Source: Bdellovibrionales bacterium (GTDB taxonomy: Bacteria > Bdellovibrionota > Bdellovibrionia > Bdellovibrionales > UBA1609). From it: 64,000 nt of DNA. The notes under the pieces are model-generated. The model was given only the letters and a program-made list of their open reading frames with translations. It was not told where the DNA came from and searched no databases. The translations under genes were made by a program, and so were the position numbers. The stretch covers positions 56,127-120,126 of the forward strand of contig JBFWVI010000001.1 in NCBI GenBank assembly GCA_050246815.1. Reading direction: 5' to 3'. Positions 9,491 through 18,736 of this stretch are shown piece by piece. The first letter of the stretch is position 1. The number at the start of each line of letters is the position of its first letter.

Positions 9491-10708
9491 ATGAACAAAC
9501 TAAATTGGGTGATTGTCTTACTGTTGATAAGCCCCCTGGCTTTTGGCCAGAGCCGCTACCATGACCTACTTGTTGCAGATCTTGAAGACGTCGAAACCGA
9601 CATGGAAGATGCGATGTCGGATTCTGAGGCTGCACGCGAAGGTGCAAAGGCAGCAAAAAAACGGGCAGAACAAGAACGCCGCAATCGTGAAAAAGCCAAG
9701 GCCGAGGCCAAGGACGCCTCGAGCAAAGCCCGCGTCAAAGAACGTGAAGCCAAACTGGAAATTAGCAGTGCCGAACGTGAAATCGAACGCGATCGCGCCG
9801 AAACCAACCGCTTGGTGGGCGAAAAAACCGCCTTTGAAAATCAAATCCTCAAATTGGACAAACAGATCGCGGATTACAAAGCCAAGGTTGAAAAACAAAA
9901 AATGGATCGCGAAGCCGCGCAAAAAGTGCGTGATGAAAAACGCGACCACGCTGCTGAGCTGATCAAACAAGCGCAACTGCTTGAGGAAGAAGTGCGTAAA
10001 AATAAAGATGAAGAACGCGCCGCTATTCAAGAGTTGGAAGCCGCCAAGAAAGAACAAAAACAGGCCGCCGAACGTTTGAAGCAGGCTCAAGACGACAACC
10101 AAAAAACCGTGCGCAAGATGCAAGAGAAAGTGGATCACCTGAAAAATGAGGCCAACAAAGCCAAAGAGGCTGCGGCCCAATCTGAAACTCAGATGCGCGG
10201 TTTACGTCAAAATATGAGTAAACTTGAAAGCGAAACCCAATTGGCCGAGGTGGACGCGGAGCAGGCCAAGCGTCGCTCGGAAGAAGCCGGAGTGCGTTTG
10301 ACTGAGCTCAAAAACAAAAACAAAACCAAAGCGGCCCAATTGCAATCGCGCAAAGCAAACGCTCAAGCGGTCATGGTGACTGCCGAAGATCGAGAAGCGT
10401 CGAAAAAGGTCGATTTGGCGGAGAGTCAGCAGGAAAACGACAATCTTGAAGCCGCCAGTGACAGCGGCAAAGTGAAAGTGCAACTGCAGCGTAAAGAGCC
10501 CAATGTCACACGCAAGCTTTCTGTGAACTGCTCGTTGTTAGATAAGCCAAGTCTGAGCGCCAAAGTCATCGGTACACGCCGTAAGGGGATGCAGCTTAGC
10601 ACCGAGTCGGTGAATAAAAGCTGGGCTCGGGTCCAATCCGATAACAGCCAGCGTCCTGGCTATATGCCCATGTCTTGTTTCGAGGGCCGGACGCCCTCGA
10701 TGCAGTGA
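9491..10708 (+). CDS. Exported long coiled-coil protein with possible C-terminal SH3-like domain
   Basis: GGGAGA RBS, signal peptide MNKLNWVIVLLL, ~300 aa E/K/A/Q-rich heptad region; C-terminal KPSLSAKVIG..SWARVQ..PGYMP resembles SH3b. Confidence 0.7.
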   Translation: MNKLNWVIVLLLISPLAFGQSRYHDLLVADLEDVETDMEDAMSDSEAAREGAKAAKKRAEQERRNREKAKAEAKDASSKARVKEREAKLEISSAEREIERDRAETNRLVGEKTAFENQILKLDKQIADYKAKVEKQKMDREAAQKVRDEKRDHAAELIKQAQLLEEEVRKNKDEERAAIQELEAAKKEQKQAAERLKQAQDDNQKTVRKMQEKVDHLKNEANKAKEAAAQSETQMRGLRQNMSKLESETQLAEVDAEQAKRRSEEAGVRLTELKNKNKTKAAQLQSRKANAQAVMVTAEDREASKKVDLAESQQENDNLEAASDSGKVKVQLQRKEPNVTRKLSVNCSLLDKPSLSAKVIGTRRKGMQLSTESVNKSWARVQSDNSQRPGYMPMSCFEGRTPSMQ

Positions 10709-11385
10709 GTTTGATTCGGCGTTAAGTGCCATAGCCACTGCGCGCGCGGACAAGAGTCCCGGAATAAATCTCGAGTCATATGATCGCGAACGGTTCCTTT
10801 AAAATCTGCGGGTACGAAGTGTCGCGCGGAAGCGGCCAAATCGGGGGACGCGTTTGCCCATAGCGATGCGGGTGGTAACCCTTGGTCAGTGGACCACAAA
10901 TCGTGAAATGAAGCCCATTCGCTATTTTGCTGAAAGATTTGCCAGTGTTTAAGCCAGGATTCACGCTGACTGTCAAAATGCCGACTGAGCAGGGGCAACT
11001 GGCCTAAAAAGTTGCAAAATAAAAAGGCCGCGTCGGGATGTTCTTCACGTAAGTGAAAAAGCCCCTCAGGCCAAAGAAGCCCTTGTTTTTGCGAGAAATA
11101 ATTTTGCCGTGCCCAATTTACCGTTAAACCCTTAAAGCGAACTTGAAAAAGACGAGATGAAAGGATGTCAGGGTCTGTGGCTGTGAGACGGTCAAACTGC
11201 TCCAAGAAAGCACGTGGCAAAGAGTAACCTGCCGAAGGCCCGATCAGCACCAAATGTCGACTGTGGGGCTGCCAAGATTTAAGCCAAGCGGATGTGCCTT
11301 GTCGATGCGAGTCCCAAAGTTGTTGGCGGTAGCGCCAGGCTTTGTAATGATACGCGAGTCCACCGGTTGTGCCGAACAGGTTCAT
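10660..11385 (-). CDS. Hypothetical protein, possibly SAM-binding Rossmann-like
   Basis: LVLIGPSAGYSL followed by LTATDPD; starts 3 nt after the upstream gene; overlaps the convergent gene end by 49 bp. Confidence 0.55.
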   Translation of the reverse strand: MNLFGTTGGLAYHYKAWRYRQQLWDSHRQGTSAWLKSWQPHSRHLVLIGPSAGYSLPRAFLEQFDRLTATDPDILSSRLFQVRFKGLTVNWARQNYFSQKQGLLWPEGLFHLREEHPDAAFLFCNFLGQLPLLSRHFDSQRESWLKHWQIFQQNSEWASFHDLWSTDQGLPPASLWANASPDLAASARHFVPADFKGTVRDHMTRDLFRDSCPRAQWLWHLTPNQTHCIEGVRPSKQDMGI

Positions 11386-11387
11386 TT

Positions 11388-11999
11388 TTAGTGGGTGTAA
11401 TTGCGTGAGCCGGGCGGCGGAAAACGGCAACCTTCGGGGTGGTAAACATATCCTTGCCGCAGGTCCATCAACACCAATTCTAAAGCACCATTTTCGCCTT
11501 CGGGACTCAGGCTGGCGTGCAGTTGATCACCTACATAACTGGATTCAGCGCCTTCTTGTTGAACCAACTTAAAGATGCGACCGTCTTCGATCGATAGACA
11601 GGCCAGGTCATTGCCTGAGGCCACGGCCATTTGTAAAAGAAAGACCAAGGCCAAATGGCTATTCTGTTTCAGACCTTCAATGGTGCTGGCCATGCGGGCT
11701 TTTTGGCGAAATTCGTGTCGTGATTTACACAGCTCGCGAGCGGTGTCGCGGGACATGGTTTGATTCTCAGCGCGGAAGATCCAAAATTTTGCGGGTTCGC
11801 GCAGGCGTTCAATGCGGATTTCATCGGTACCGACTTGTGTCACGCGCAAACGCTGGTCTCTTTTGTTTGCCGCGGGCATCGCTGAAGCCTGGGGCCTGCT
11901 CATGCACAATGTGAGTGGCTGGGTGGTGAGGGCTTCTTGGGCCCACGATATAGGGATGGTCGCCACCAGGAACGTTAAACCCGCGATGAACGCTTTCAT
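11388..11999 (-). CDS. Exported hypothetical protein
   Basis: GGAGGCGG RBS before ATG 11999; signal peptide MKAFIAGLTFLVATIPISWA. Confidence 0.7.
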   Translation of the reverse strand: MKAFIAGLTFLVATIPISWAQEALTTQPLTLCMSRPQASAMPAANKRDQRLRVTQVGTDEIRIERLREPAKFWIFRAENQTMSRDTARELCKSRHEFRQKARMASTIEGLKQNSHLALVFLLQMAVASGNDLACLSIEDGRIFKLVQQEGAESSYVGDQLHASLSPEGENGALELVLMDLRQGYVYHPEGCRFPPPGSRNYTH

Positions 12000-12030
12000 T
12001 CCGCCTCCGCCTCGACTCGCAAATAGAGTG

Positions 12031-12046
12031 AGCAACCCTTGTGCCA
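12031..12046 (-). promoter_or_regulatory. Sigma-54 promoter
   Basis: TGGCACAAGGGTTGCT matches the consensus exactly, about 30 nt upstream of ATG 11999. Confidence 0.75.
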
Positions 12047-12162
12047 ACAAAACGGGCACGAGCAGCGTGTCATCGAGGGGGCGGGCCGCATAGGTTTGAA
12101 GCAATTGCCTAGCGGGATAAGAAAAATTGCAGAAAGCGCAAAAGGTTTGGATCCAGGCGGAT

Positions 12163-13110
12163 CTAAAAACCGCGCTCTTTCATCCATTTGTCGTCGACAA
12201 ATTTGGTCATGTAATTGCGAATGCCGTCGGCCAAGATGACCACGCAATTTTGGTCCTTTTTAAGGCGACCTGCTTCACGCATCACGCCGACCATGGCGGC
12301 CCCGCTAGAGCCGCCGCACAAGAAACCTTCTTCGCGGATCAAACGGCGCGCCATACGAAAAGATTCCTTGTCTTCAGTTTTGACCCATACATCGACCAGA
12401 CTGCGGTCAAGAACCTCAGGAACAAAGTCGTAGCCAATGCCTTCGACCAGGTAGGTCTTTATTTCAGTGCCACCACCTAAGATTGAGCCAACCGGGTCCA
12501 CACCGACGATCAAGGCGTTTGGGCATTTCTCGCGAACTTTGCGGCCGATGCCGGTCAAGGTGCCGCCGGTGCCTGCCGAAATCACCACCATATCGACTTG
12601 GTTGTCGAGGTCCTTTAGGATTTCGGCGCCGGTGCCATCAAAGTGGGCCTTCCAGTTGCTGGGGTTGGCGTACTGATCCAAGATGTGAGCGTTTGGCAGT
12701 TCTTTTTGCAATTTTTTGGCGACGCCGATGTGGCTTTCGGGAGCATCCCAAGCGGCCTCGGTGGGGGTGCGAATGATCTCGGCGCCCAAGGCGGCCAAAG
12801 TCACTTGCTTTTCCTGGCTCATTTTTTCGGGCAGAGTGATAATCACACGATAGCCTTTGATGGCCCCCGCCAAGGCGATCCCGATGCCCGTATTGCCCGA
12901 GGTGGGTTCGATTAAAGTGTCGCCCGGTTTGATGCGTCCACTTTTCTCTGCGTCTTCGACCATGCGGTAACCGATGCGGTCTTTGACAGAACCGCCGGGA
13001 TTTAAAAATTCACACTTTGCGTACACATTGCAGGGCAGCTCTTTGGTGACACGATTAAGCCGCACCAGGGGGGTATTGCCAATGGCTTGCAGCATATTGT
13101 TAAGTCGCAT
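12163..13110 (-). CDS. PLP-dependent cysteine synthase / cystathionine beta-synthase family protein
   Basis: [44 protein letters not shown] (CBS-like); no C-terminal CBS-pair domain. Confidence 0.92.
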   Translation of the reverse strand: MRLNNMLQAIGNTPLVRLNRVTKELPCNVYAKCEFLNPGGSVKDRIGYRMVEDAEKSGRIKPGDTLIEPTSGNTGIGIALAGAIKGYRVIITLPEKMSQEKQVTLAALGAEIIRTPTEAAWDAPESHIGVAKKLQKELPNAHILDQYANPSNWKAHFDGTGAEILKDLDNQVDMVVISAGTGGTLTGIGRKVREKCPNALIVGVDPVGSILGGGTEIKTYLVEGIGYDFVPEVLDRSLVDVWVKTEDKESFRMARRLIREEGFLCGGSSGAAMVGVMREAGRLKKDQNCVVILADGIRNYMTKFVDDKWMKERGF

Positions 13111-13253
13111 CGTGTGCTCTCCTGTATTTGAAAGGGCCGATTTTGCGGGTTAATCATGGCGGCGCCAACTGATCGCGCCGCGCGTCATTCTCAATTGGGT
13201 TGCAGATGTTGAAAATGCTGCCCGGCGCCGAATCCCCAGATTAAGTTTCGCCA

Positions 13254-13490
13254 ATGAATTTAAGCGAATGTCCCTTGCGTCAGCTGGCCGAAGTGACCGA
13301 GGTCAGCGGCGACGCCCACTTGAGACATCGGTTGATGGACTTAGGCATTTACGCCGGAGTGTTGGTGGAAGTGGTGGGTGCGATGCCTTTTTCGGGACCA
13401 TTGATTATTCGCGCCCAGGGCGCCACCTTGGCGTTACGCCGTGGAGAAGCTGCGTGCATTCAAGTGCAGGCCCGCAAAACGTTATCCTAG
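13254..13490 (+). CDS. feoA: Ferrous iron transport protein A
   Basis: RLMDLGIYAG, PFSGPL, LALRRGEA; precedes feoB. Confidence 0.9.
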   Translation: MNLSECPLRQLAEVTEVSGDAHLRHRLMDLGIYAGVLVEVVGAMPFSGPLIIRAQGATLALRRGEAACIQVQARKTLS

Positions 13491-15346
13491 TCGGTCCACC
13501 CAACTCGGGTAAGACGACCTTGTTTAATTGGCTGACGCATTCGCGTTTTCGCGCGGTCAATTATCCCGGCTCCACCGTGGATTGTTTACGTGGCCACAGC
13601 CATGCTAGCTTTGGCCGTGCATTGAGTTTGATAGATTCACCCGGAATTTATGGCTTGCGTGCCGAAGCTCAAGACGAGCAGATCACTTTAAAACTACTTC
13701 ATTTCGACAACTCTATGGGGCACTTGGACGCGGCCATCGTGTGTGTGGACAGCACCCAACTGGATCGTCATCTGCCTTTGGTTTTAAAATTGAAAAACAT
13801 GGGGTGGCCCCTGGCTGTGGCGTTGACCATGCGCGATTTGGGGCAAAGCTCAGGGCAGCGGATCGATCGTGTTGAGCTTGAAAAATTGTTGCATACACCG
13901 GTTGTGGAAATTGATGGCCGTACCGGCAGTGGAGTCAGTGAGCTGATGGACCAGGTGCGGGGTCTGTCATCTTTAAAATCGGATACTGTGAAAGTTGCGA
14001 AACCACCGTTGGACGAAGCCAGTGTGGCGAAACAGGTGCAGGAGTGGTTGACACGTATTCGTCAATCGCAGGCCCAGATGAAAGGGCCGGCCCAAACCAC
14101 GGCGAATTTGGATCGCTGGTTACTTCATCCATTTTGGGGCTTGCTTGGCTTTGTGGCTGTGATGGTGGCGTTATTCACGGCCGTATTTTGGTTGGCGGAT
14201 CCGTTGATGGGTTGGGTGGATCAGGGCTTTAGCGCCTTGGGCGGAGCTTTGCATCAAGTTGTAGGCGCGGGACTTTGGGCCGATTTCTTGGCCGATGGAG
14301 TGGTGGCAAGTTTTGCCGCAGTTTTGGTTTTTGTGCCGCAAATTCTAATTTTGTTTTTTGGCTTGGGATTGCTTGAAGACTCGGGCTATTTAGCACGGGC
14401 GGCGACGTTGATTGATCGGCCTTTGTCTTTTGTGGGTTTGAGTGGACGAGCTTTTGTACCACTCCTTTCGGGATACGCCTGCGCCGTACCGGCGATCATG
14501 GCGGTCCGCACGATTCGATCGTCGCGCGAGCGCTGGCTGGCTATTGCTATAATTCCTTTGCTTTCATGTTCGGCACGGTTACCAGTTTATGCTTTGCTTT
14601 TGGCTTTTTTATTTCAAGGGCGACCGGCCTGGCATTCAGGCCTTGCTTTGGCCGCGATATATTTGGGCTCGGCCGTGGTCAGCGCCATGGCCGCAGCACT
14701 TTTGAATCGTTTGGTGCAAGGCGGGGGGGCTTCGACATTCTTGATGGAATTGCCCTTTTATCGTCGGCCACAAATGGCGATCGTGATTCGCCATGCGCTG
14801 ACCCGTACCCGGGGGTATGTGCGGCGCGCGGGGCCGGTGATTTTTTGTTTGGCTTTAGTGCTTTGGGCCGCCACGACGTTTCCGCGGCCAGAAGCGGATG
14901 TCGCAAGTTCTGAGGCCGTTCGGCAAAGTTATGCGGGTCAAGTGGGGCAGTGGATCGAGCCGGTGTTCAAACCCTTGGGTGTGGATTGGCGTGTGGGGGT
15001 CGGGCTGCTTTCGGCCTTTGCCGCCCGCGAAGTTTTTGTCTCGGCTTTGTCGCTGGTTTTTGACGTCACAACCGAAGGCGATGAAGCTGGAATACGTCAG
15101 ACTCTTTTGCACAGTATGCAGCAGGCACGGTTCACGGACGGCCATTTGATTTTCACGACGGCCTCTGTTTTGGGGCTTATCGTATTCTTTATGATTGCGT
15201 TGCAGTGCAGCTCAACTGTGGCTATCGCCGCGCGAGAAATGGGCAGTGTGCGCTTTGCGGTGGGTCAACTGGTGGTCTTAAATGTGGTGGCGTATTTGGC
15301 CGCTGCGTGCGTGGTTCAAGTCGCCACATTTTTTGGTTGGGGTTAA
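13454..15346 (+). CDS. feoB: Ferrous iron transport protein B
   Basis: GPPNSGKTTLFN, NYPGSTV, DSPGIY, LEDSGYLAR, SCSARLPVY, AAREVFV. Start set at GTG 13454 after a GGAGAAG RBS. Confidence 0.95.
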   Translation: MHSSAGPQNVILVGPPNSGKTTLFNWLTHSRFRAVNYPGSTVDCLRGHSHASFGRALSLIDSPGIYGLRAEAQDEQITLKLLHFDNSMGHLDAAIVCVDSTQLDRHLPLVLKLKNMGWPLAVALTMRDLGQSSGQRIDRVELEKLLHTPVVEIDGRTGSGVSELMDQVRGLSSLKSDTVKVAKPPLDEASVAKQVQEWLTRIRQSQAQMKGPAQTTANLDRWLLHPFWGLLGFVAVMVALFTAVFWLADPLMGWVDQGFSALGGALHQVVGAGLWADFLADGVVASFAAVLVFVPQILILFFGLGLLEDSGYLARAATLIDRPLSFVGLSGRAFVPLLSGYACAVPAIMAVRTIRSSRERWLAIAIIPLLSCSARLPVYALLLAFLFQGRPAWHSGLALAAIYLGSAVVSAMAAALLNRLVQGGGASTFLMELPFYRRPQMAIVIRHALTRTRGYVRRAGPVIFCLALVLWAATTFPRPEADVASSEAVRQSYAGQVGQWIEPVFKPLGVDWRVGVGLLSAFAAREVFVSALSLVFDVTTEGDEAGIRQTLLHSMQQARFTDGHLIFTTASVLGLIVFFMIALQCSSTVAIAAREMGSVRFAVGQLVVLNVVAYLAAACVVQVATFFGWG

Positions 15347-15393
15347 CCGCTATTTATGAGATGGGCTCTCTAACTCATGAGGGAATTCAAAAC

Positions 15394-16710
15394 ATGATAT
15401 TGGCGCGCAGATGGGTCGGGCTTTTGATTGCTTGCGTTTTTTTTGATTCCACAGCCTATGCGGCGGTGTTGGAGCTCAGTCAAGTGGTGCAGCAAGGCTT
15501 GGCTTTCAGCCCCGAAGTGAAAAAAGCCGAAGCGCAATTGAGCGAAGCGCAATCCACAACCACCCAGCGAAAAGGTCTGCTGGCTCCTAAAATTGATTTG
15601 TACGGTTCGGCACGGCTCAAAGAAGATCCTTCTCGTTCAAGCACCAGCACCTCAACCTTTGTGGGCAATGATGAAGAGTATGATGCCTCGGTTCGTTTGG
15701 TGCAGCCGCTTTATCGAGGCGGTTTGCTTTTTAACGGAATTGAAAGCTACAAACTCAGTGAAGAGATTGAGCGGCAACGGCTGTTTGACGCGAAACAGGC
15801 TGCTGTAACTCAACTTGTATTTGCCTACTACGATTTGGCCCAATCTGAAAAAGAATTGGTGGCTGCCGAAGAGCAGCTGGAAGTTTTAAAAATTTACGCT
15901 GATATCGTGCGCCGGTATGAACAAAATGGTCGCTCTAGACGTATGGATCGCCTGCAGTCCGAAGTGAATTTAAGTTTGACCACTGCCGATCAAGTGCGAC
16001 TGCTTCGCCAGCGCAACGTATCTTCGGATATGTTAAAAAAGCTTTTGGGTCTTGGCACAGGGGGAGAGCCCTTGTCTGGAAAAATGCCGACTTTGCCGAC
16101 GGCCGTCCCGCCGCCCGCTTTTGGCCTGGCGTATGAAACCATGTTGAAAAATAATCCTGAAATGAAAGTGGCCGAACTAACCAGGCAAAAGACTGATTTT
16201 GACAATGCCATCGAGCGGGCTGAGGACCGGCCGACCCTCAACATCGAGGGAAGTTACGGCTATCGAGCGGCTGAGCGCCCGGATTGGTTTGCCGACAATT
16301 CGAACTATTACACCATCGGGCTTTTTTTAACCGTCCCGTTGTTTTCGGGCTTCACCAGCTTGGCCAAACGACGGGTGCATGCCGAACGCCTGACACAAGA
16401 TGAGCGCACGATTGAAGTGGTTCGTTTGGACCTCAGGCAGAGACTGCAGCAGTCGCTTTTGGCGCAAAAAAGTGAATATGAACGCTTAACCACGGCTCAA
16501 ACGGCCGCCAAACTGGGGCGTGAAGCCCTGTTGTTGGCCAACAACTCTTTTCGCCAGGGAGTGGCATCCAATCAAGACGTTTTAAATGCGCAACGAACCC
16601 GTTACGACTCTGAACGGCTGTTGATTGAGAGCCAATTCTCGTATTTACGCGCCCGCTTGGATGTGCAGCGGCTTTTGGGCACAAGTCTACAGCAAGTTTA
16701 CGCCAACTAA
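15394..16710 (+). CDS. TolC-family outer membrane channel
   Basis: Signal peptide and two OEP-like repeats (PKIDLYG..LVQPLYRGG; PTLNIEG..LTVPLFSG; FRQGVASNQDVLNAQ). Confidence 0.88.
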   Translation: MILARRWVGLLIACVFFDSTAYAAVLELSQVVQQGLAFSPEVKKAEAQLSEAQSTTTQRKGLLAPKIDLYGSARLKEDPSRSSTSTSTFVGNDEEYDASVRLVQPLYRGGLLFNGIESYKLSEEIERQRLFDAKQAAVTQLVFAYYDLAQSEKELVAAEEQLEVLKIYADIVRRYEQNGRSRRMDRLQSEVNLSLTTADQVRLLRQRNVSSDMLKKLLGLGTGGEPLSGKMPTLPTAVPPPAFGLAYETMLKNNPEMKVAELTRQKTDFDNAIERAEDRPTLNIEGSYGYRAAERPDWFADNSNYYTIGLFLTVPLFSGFTSLAKRRVHAERLTQDERTIEVVRLDLRQRLQQSLLAQKSEYERLTTAQTAAKLGREALLLANNSFRQGVASNQDVLNAQRTRYDSERLLIESQFSYLRARLDVQRLLGTSLQQVYAN

Positions 16711-16748
16711 GGGTTGCCGCTAGCAGAAATCGCCGGTGATAATTGGTT

Positions 16749-18368
16749 ATGGATCCTTTACGAGACTGGTCCGGCGCCAAATCCAATTCATCTGTTGCGA
16801 TGTTTGCCAGCTATGGGGCGAAACTCACTGAAAATTTTGAAAAGTTCGCTCAAGCAGAGGCCATCGTCGAAGTGCCCGCGCATGGTCCCGTGCTTCGGCG
16901 AACTTACCAGCAATTCGCAGAAGATGTTGAAAATGTACGCAAATTATTGCGTGCCCATGGGCAAGCACCAGTGGTGGCCACAATTGCCGGAAATACTTAT
17001 CCACACCTGCTGTGGATAAGTGCGACGTGGCTTGAGGGGCGCACTCTTTGCCCGCTCAATCCCGATGAGGGCATTGAGCGCTTGAAGCTGCGACTTGGGC
17101 AGTTGCAGCAGCCCGTTTCACTTTGGTTTGATCGTGGTGCACCGGTGGACGTGGAAACCTTGGGCGCGCTACCTATGCGTTGGCAAAGCAACACCACGTC
17201 GCCCCTGCAACCAGCTTGTGTCCGTGATTCCAATCGCCCCATGACGCTGATTTTCACCAGCGGGTCCACCGGCTACGCCAAAATTGTCGAGCAGATGGAA
17301 GAGCAGGTTTTGGCCAATGCTCAAGCTTTGGTGCAACACCATGGGCTTGATGACCGCACAGTGATTGCAACGCCACTACCTATTTTTCATGTCAATGCCT
17401 TGAATTTTTCATTTGTTTGCTCGCAGTTGACGGGTGGTAAATTGGTTCTGTTCGAAAAATTTCACCCCCATCAACTGAGTGAAATGTTGGCGCAGGAAAG
17501 GGTCCACATCTGCAGTGTGGTGCCGCACATTTTACAGACGCTGCTTGAGCGTTTGCAGACCTTAAAAAGCGAGAGCTGGGACGAACTGCGCTATTTTGTC
17601 ACGGCGGCATCAGCTCTGAGTCCGCAGTTGGCGAAGGATTTGGTGGCGCGTTTTCCAAAGCGGGTGGTGCAGGGGTACGGTCTTTCTGAGGCGGTGAATT
17701 TTTCGTGCTTAAACCCGATTGATTTGAACGCTCAGGATTACGCCAAATGGATGACTCAGTACGAGCGCCCCTCGATCGGAGTCCCTGTGTGGGGCAACGA
17801 CGTTTTGATTTTTGATGAAAGTGGGAAGAGCTTGGGTGTCGGTGAAAAGGGCGAAGTGGTCATTCGCGGTCAAAATGTGATGCGTGGCTATCAAGGAGAT
17901 ACAGGACGCCAAGTTTTTGAAGGCTCGGTGCTGCACACCGGGGATGTGGGCTTTTATCAAGAGGACGAGACTGGTCGTCGCTTTGTGTTTATCTGCGGTC
18001 GGTTAAAGGACACGGCGAAGCGGTTGGGGCAAACCGTTTCGTTGGTTGAGATCGACGATCTTCTGAGTGGCTGGTCAGAATGGGGAACCAAGGCCGTGGC
18101 AGTGGCCTTTGACCATCAGGTGGCGGGCGAAGAGTTGGCCGTGCTGGTGCAGGCCGAACCCCATCAGACGGTGCCTTTGCACGAACTGAAGCAGCTTCTG
18201 GAGAAAAAGTGTCCAGACTATATGCGCCCGCGTTTGATCGGCGTGACGACACAGGCGGTGCGGACCGCTTCAGGTAAGCCCATTCGTTGGAAATTAAAAC
18301 CTTTGCTTGCAAAATTTCATGACCAAATGTTTGGCCCAAAAATCATTGATATGGGTCGATTGGACTAG
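16749..18368 (+). CDS. Class I adenylate-forming enzyme (acyl-CoA/acyl-ACP ligase-like)
   Basis: FTSGSTGYAK, QGYGLSE, LHTGDVG, GRLKD and RTASGK adenylation motifs. Confidence 0.9.
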   Translation: MDPLRDWSGAKSNSSVAMFASYGAKLTENFEKFAQAEAIVEVPAHGPVLRRTYQQFAEDVENVRKLLRAHGQAPVVATIAGNTYPHLLWISATWLEGRTLCPLNPDEGIERLKLRLGQLQQPVSLWFDRGAPVDVETLGALPMRWQSNTTSPLQPACVRDSNRPMTLIFTSGSTGYAKIVEQMEEQVLANAQALVQHHGLDDRTVIATPLPIFHVNALNFSFVCSQLTGGKLVLFEKFHPHQLSEMLAQERVHICSVVPHILQTLLERLQTLKSESWDELRYFVTAASALSPQLAKDLVARFPKRVVQGYGLSEAVNFSCLNPIDLNAQDYAKWMTQYERPSIGVPVWGNDVLIFDESGKSLGVGEKGEVVIRGQNVMRGYQGDTGRQVFEGSVLHTGDVGFYQEDETGRRFVFICGRLKDTAKRLGQTVSLVEIDDLLSGWSEWGTKAVAVAFDHQVAGEELAVLVQAEPHQTVPLHELKQLLEKKCPDYMRPRLIGVTTQAVRTASGKPIRWKLKPLLAKFHDQMFGPKIIDMGRLD

Positions 18369-18447
18369 AGCCCATCTTGCTCTGTTGAAATCCTAGCCTA
18401 GCGCCTGCGGCGTGGCTAGGATTTCAACAGAGCAAGATGGGCTCTAG
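18365..18447. repeat. 83 bp palindromic element with 34 bp perfect arms (MITE/REP-like)
   Basis: CTAGAGCCCATCTTGCTCTGTTGAAATCCTAGCC (18365-18398) and its exact reverse complement (18414-18447) around a 15 nt spacer. Confidence 0.9.
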
Positions 18448-18680
18448 CTGAGATTGGTTGAGACTCTTTTTTTGTCGATCAACCGGGCCCAGCTATCCAC
18501 CGTGCTCAGATTTTCGGTGGTGAGTTCGAGCGAGAAAAAACTGACTTTGAAAAACTTTTCGACTTCGCCGACGATAGAAAACAGCTCCAGGCTATTGAGC
18601 TGTTGGCTGAGCGGCTGAGTGGCGTCAAAACCCGCCACTTTTGAGCCTAGAAGTCGAGAGAGTTCATCCTTCGTTGTCAT
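18444..18680 (-). CDS. Acyl carrier protein (DltC-like stand-alone carrier)
   Basis: 78 aa; QLNSLELFSIVGEVEKFF (variant of the DSL phosphopantetheine motif) and ELTTENLSTVDS. Confidence 0.8.
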   Translation of the reverse strand: MTTKDELSRLLGSKVAGFDATQPLSQQLNSLELFSIVGEVEKFFKVSFFSLELTTENLSTVDSWARLIDKKRVSTNLS

Positions 18681-18736
18681 CGTGGTTCAAAGGATATTAT
18701 AATTTGGCAAAGCGAGCAACAACCACAGGATGCAAT

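Noticed and set aside
9566..10180. 204 aa hydrophobic antisense ORF
   Set aside because: Shadow of the Lys/Glu-rich coiled-coil gene on the opposite strand.
13268..13453. feoB start at 13268
   Set aside because: Would overlap almost all of feoA; GTG 13454 has an RBS and sits just before the G1 motif.
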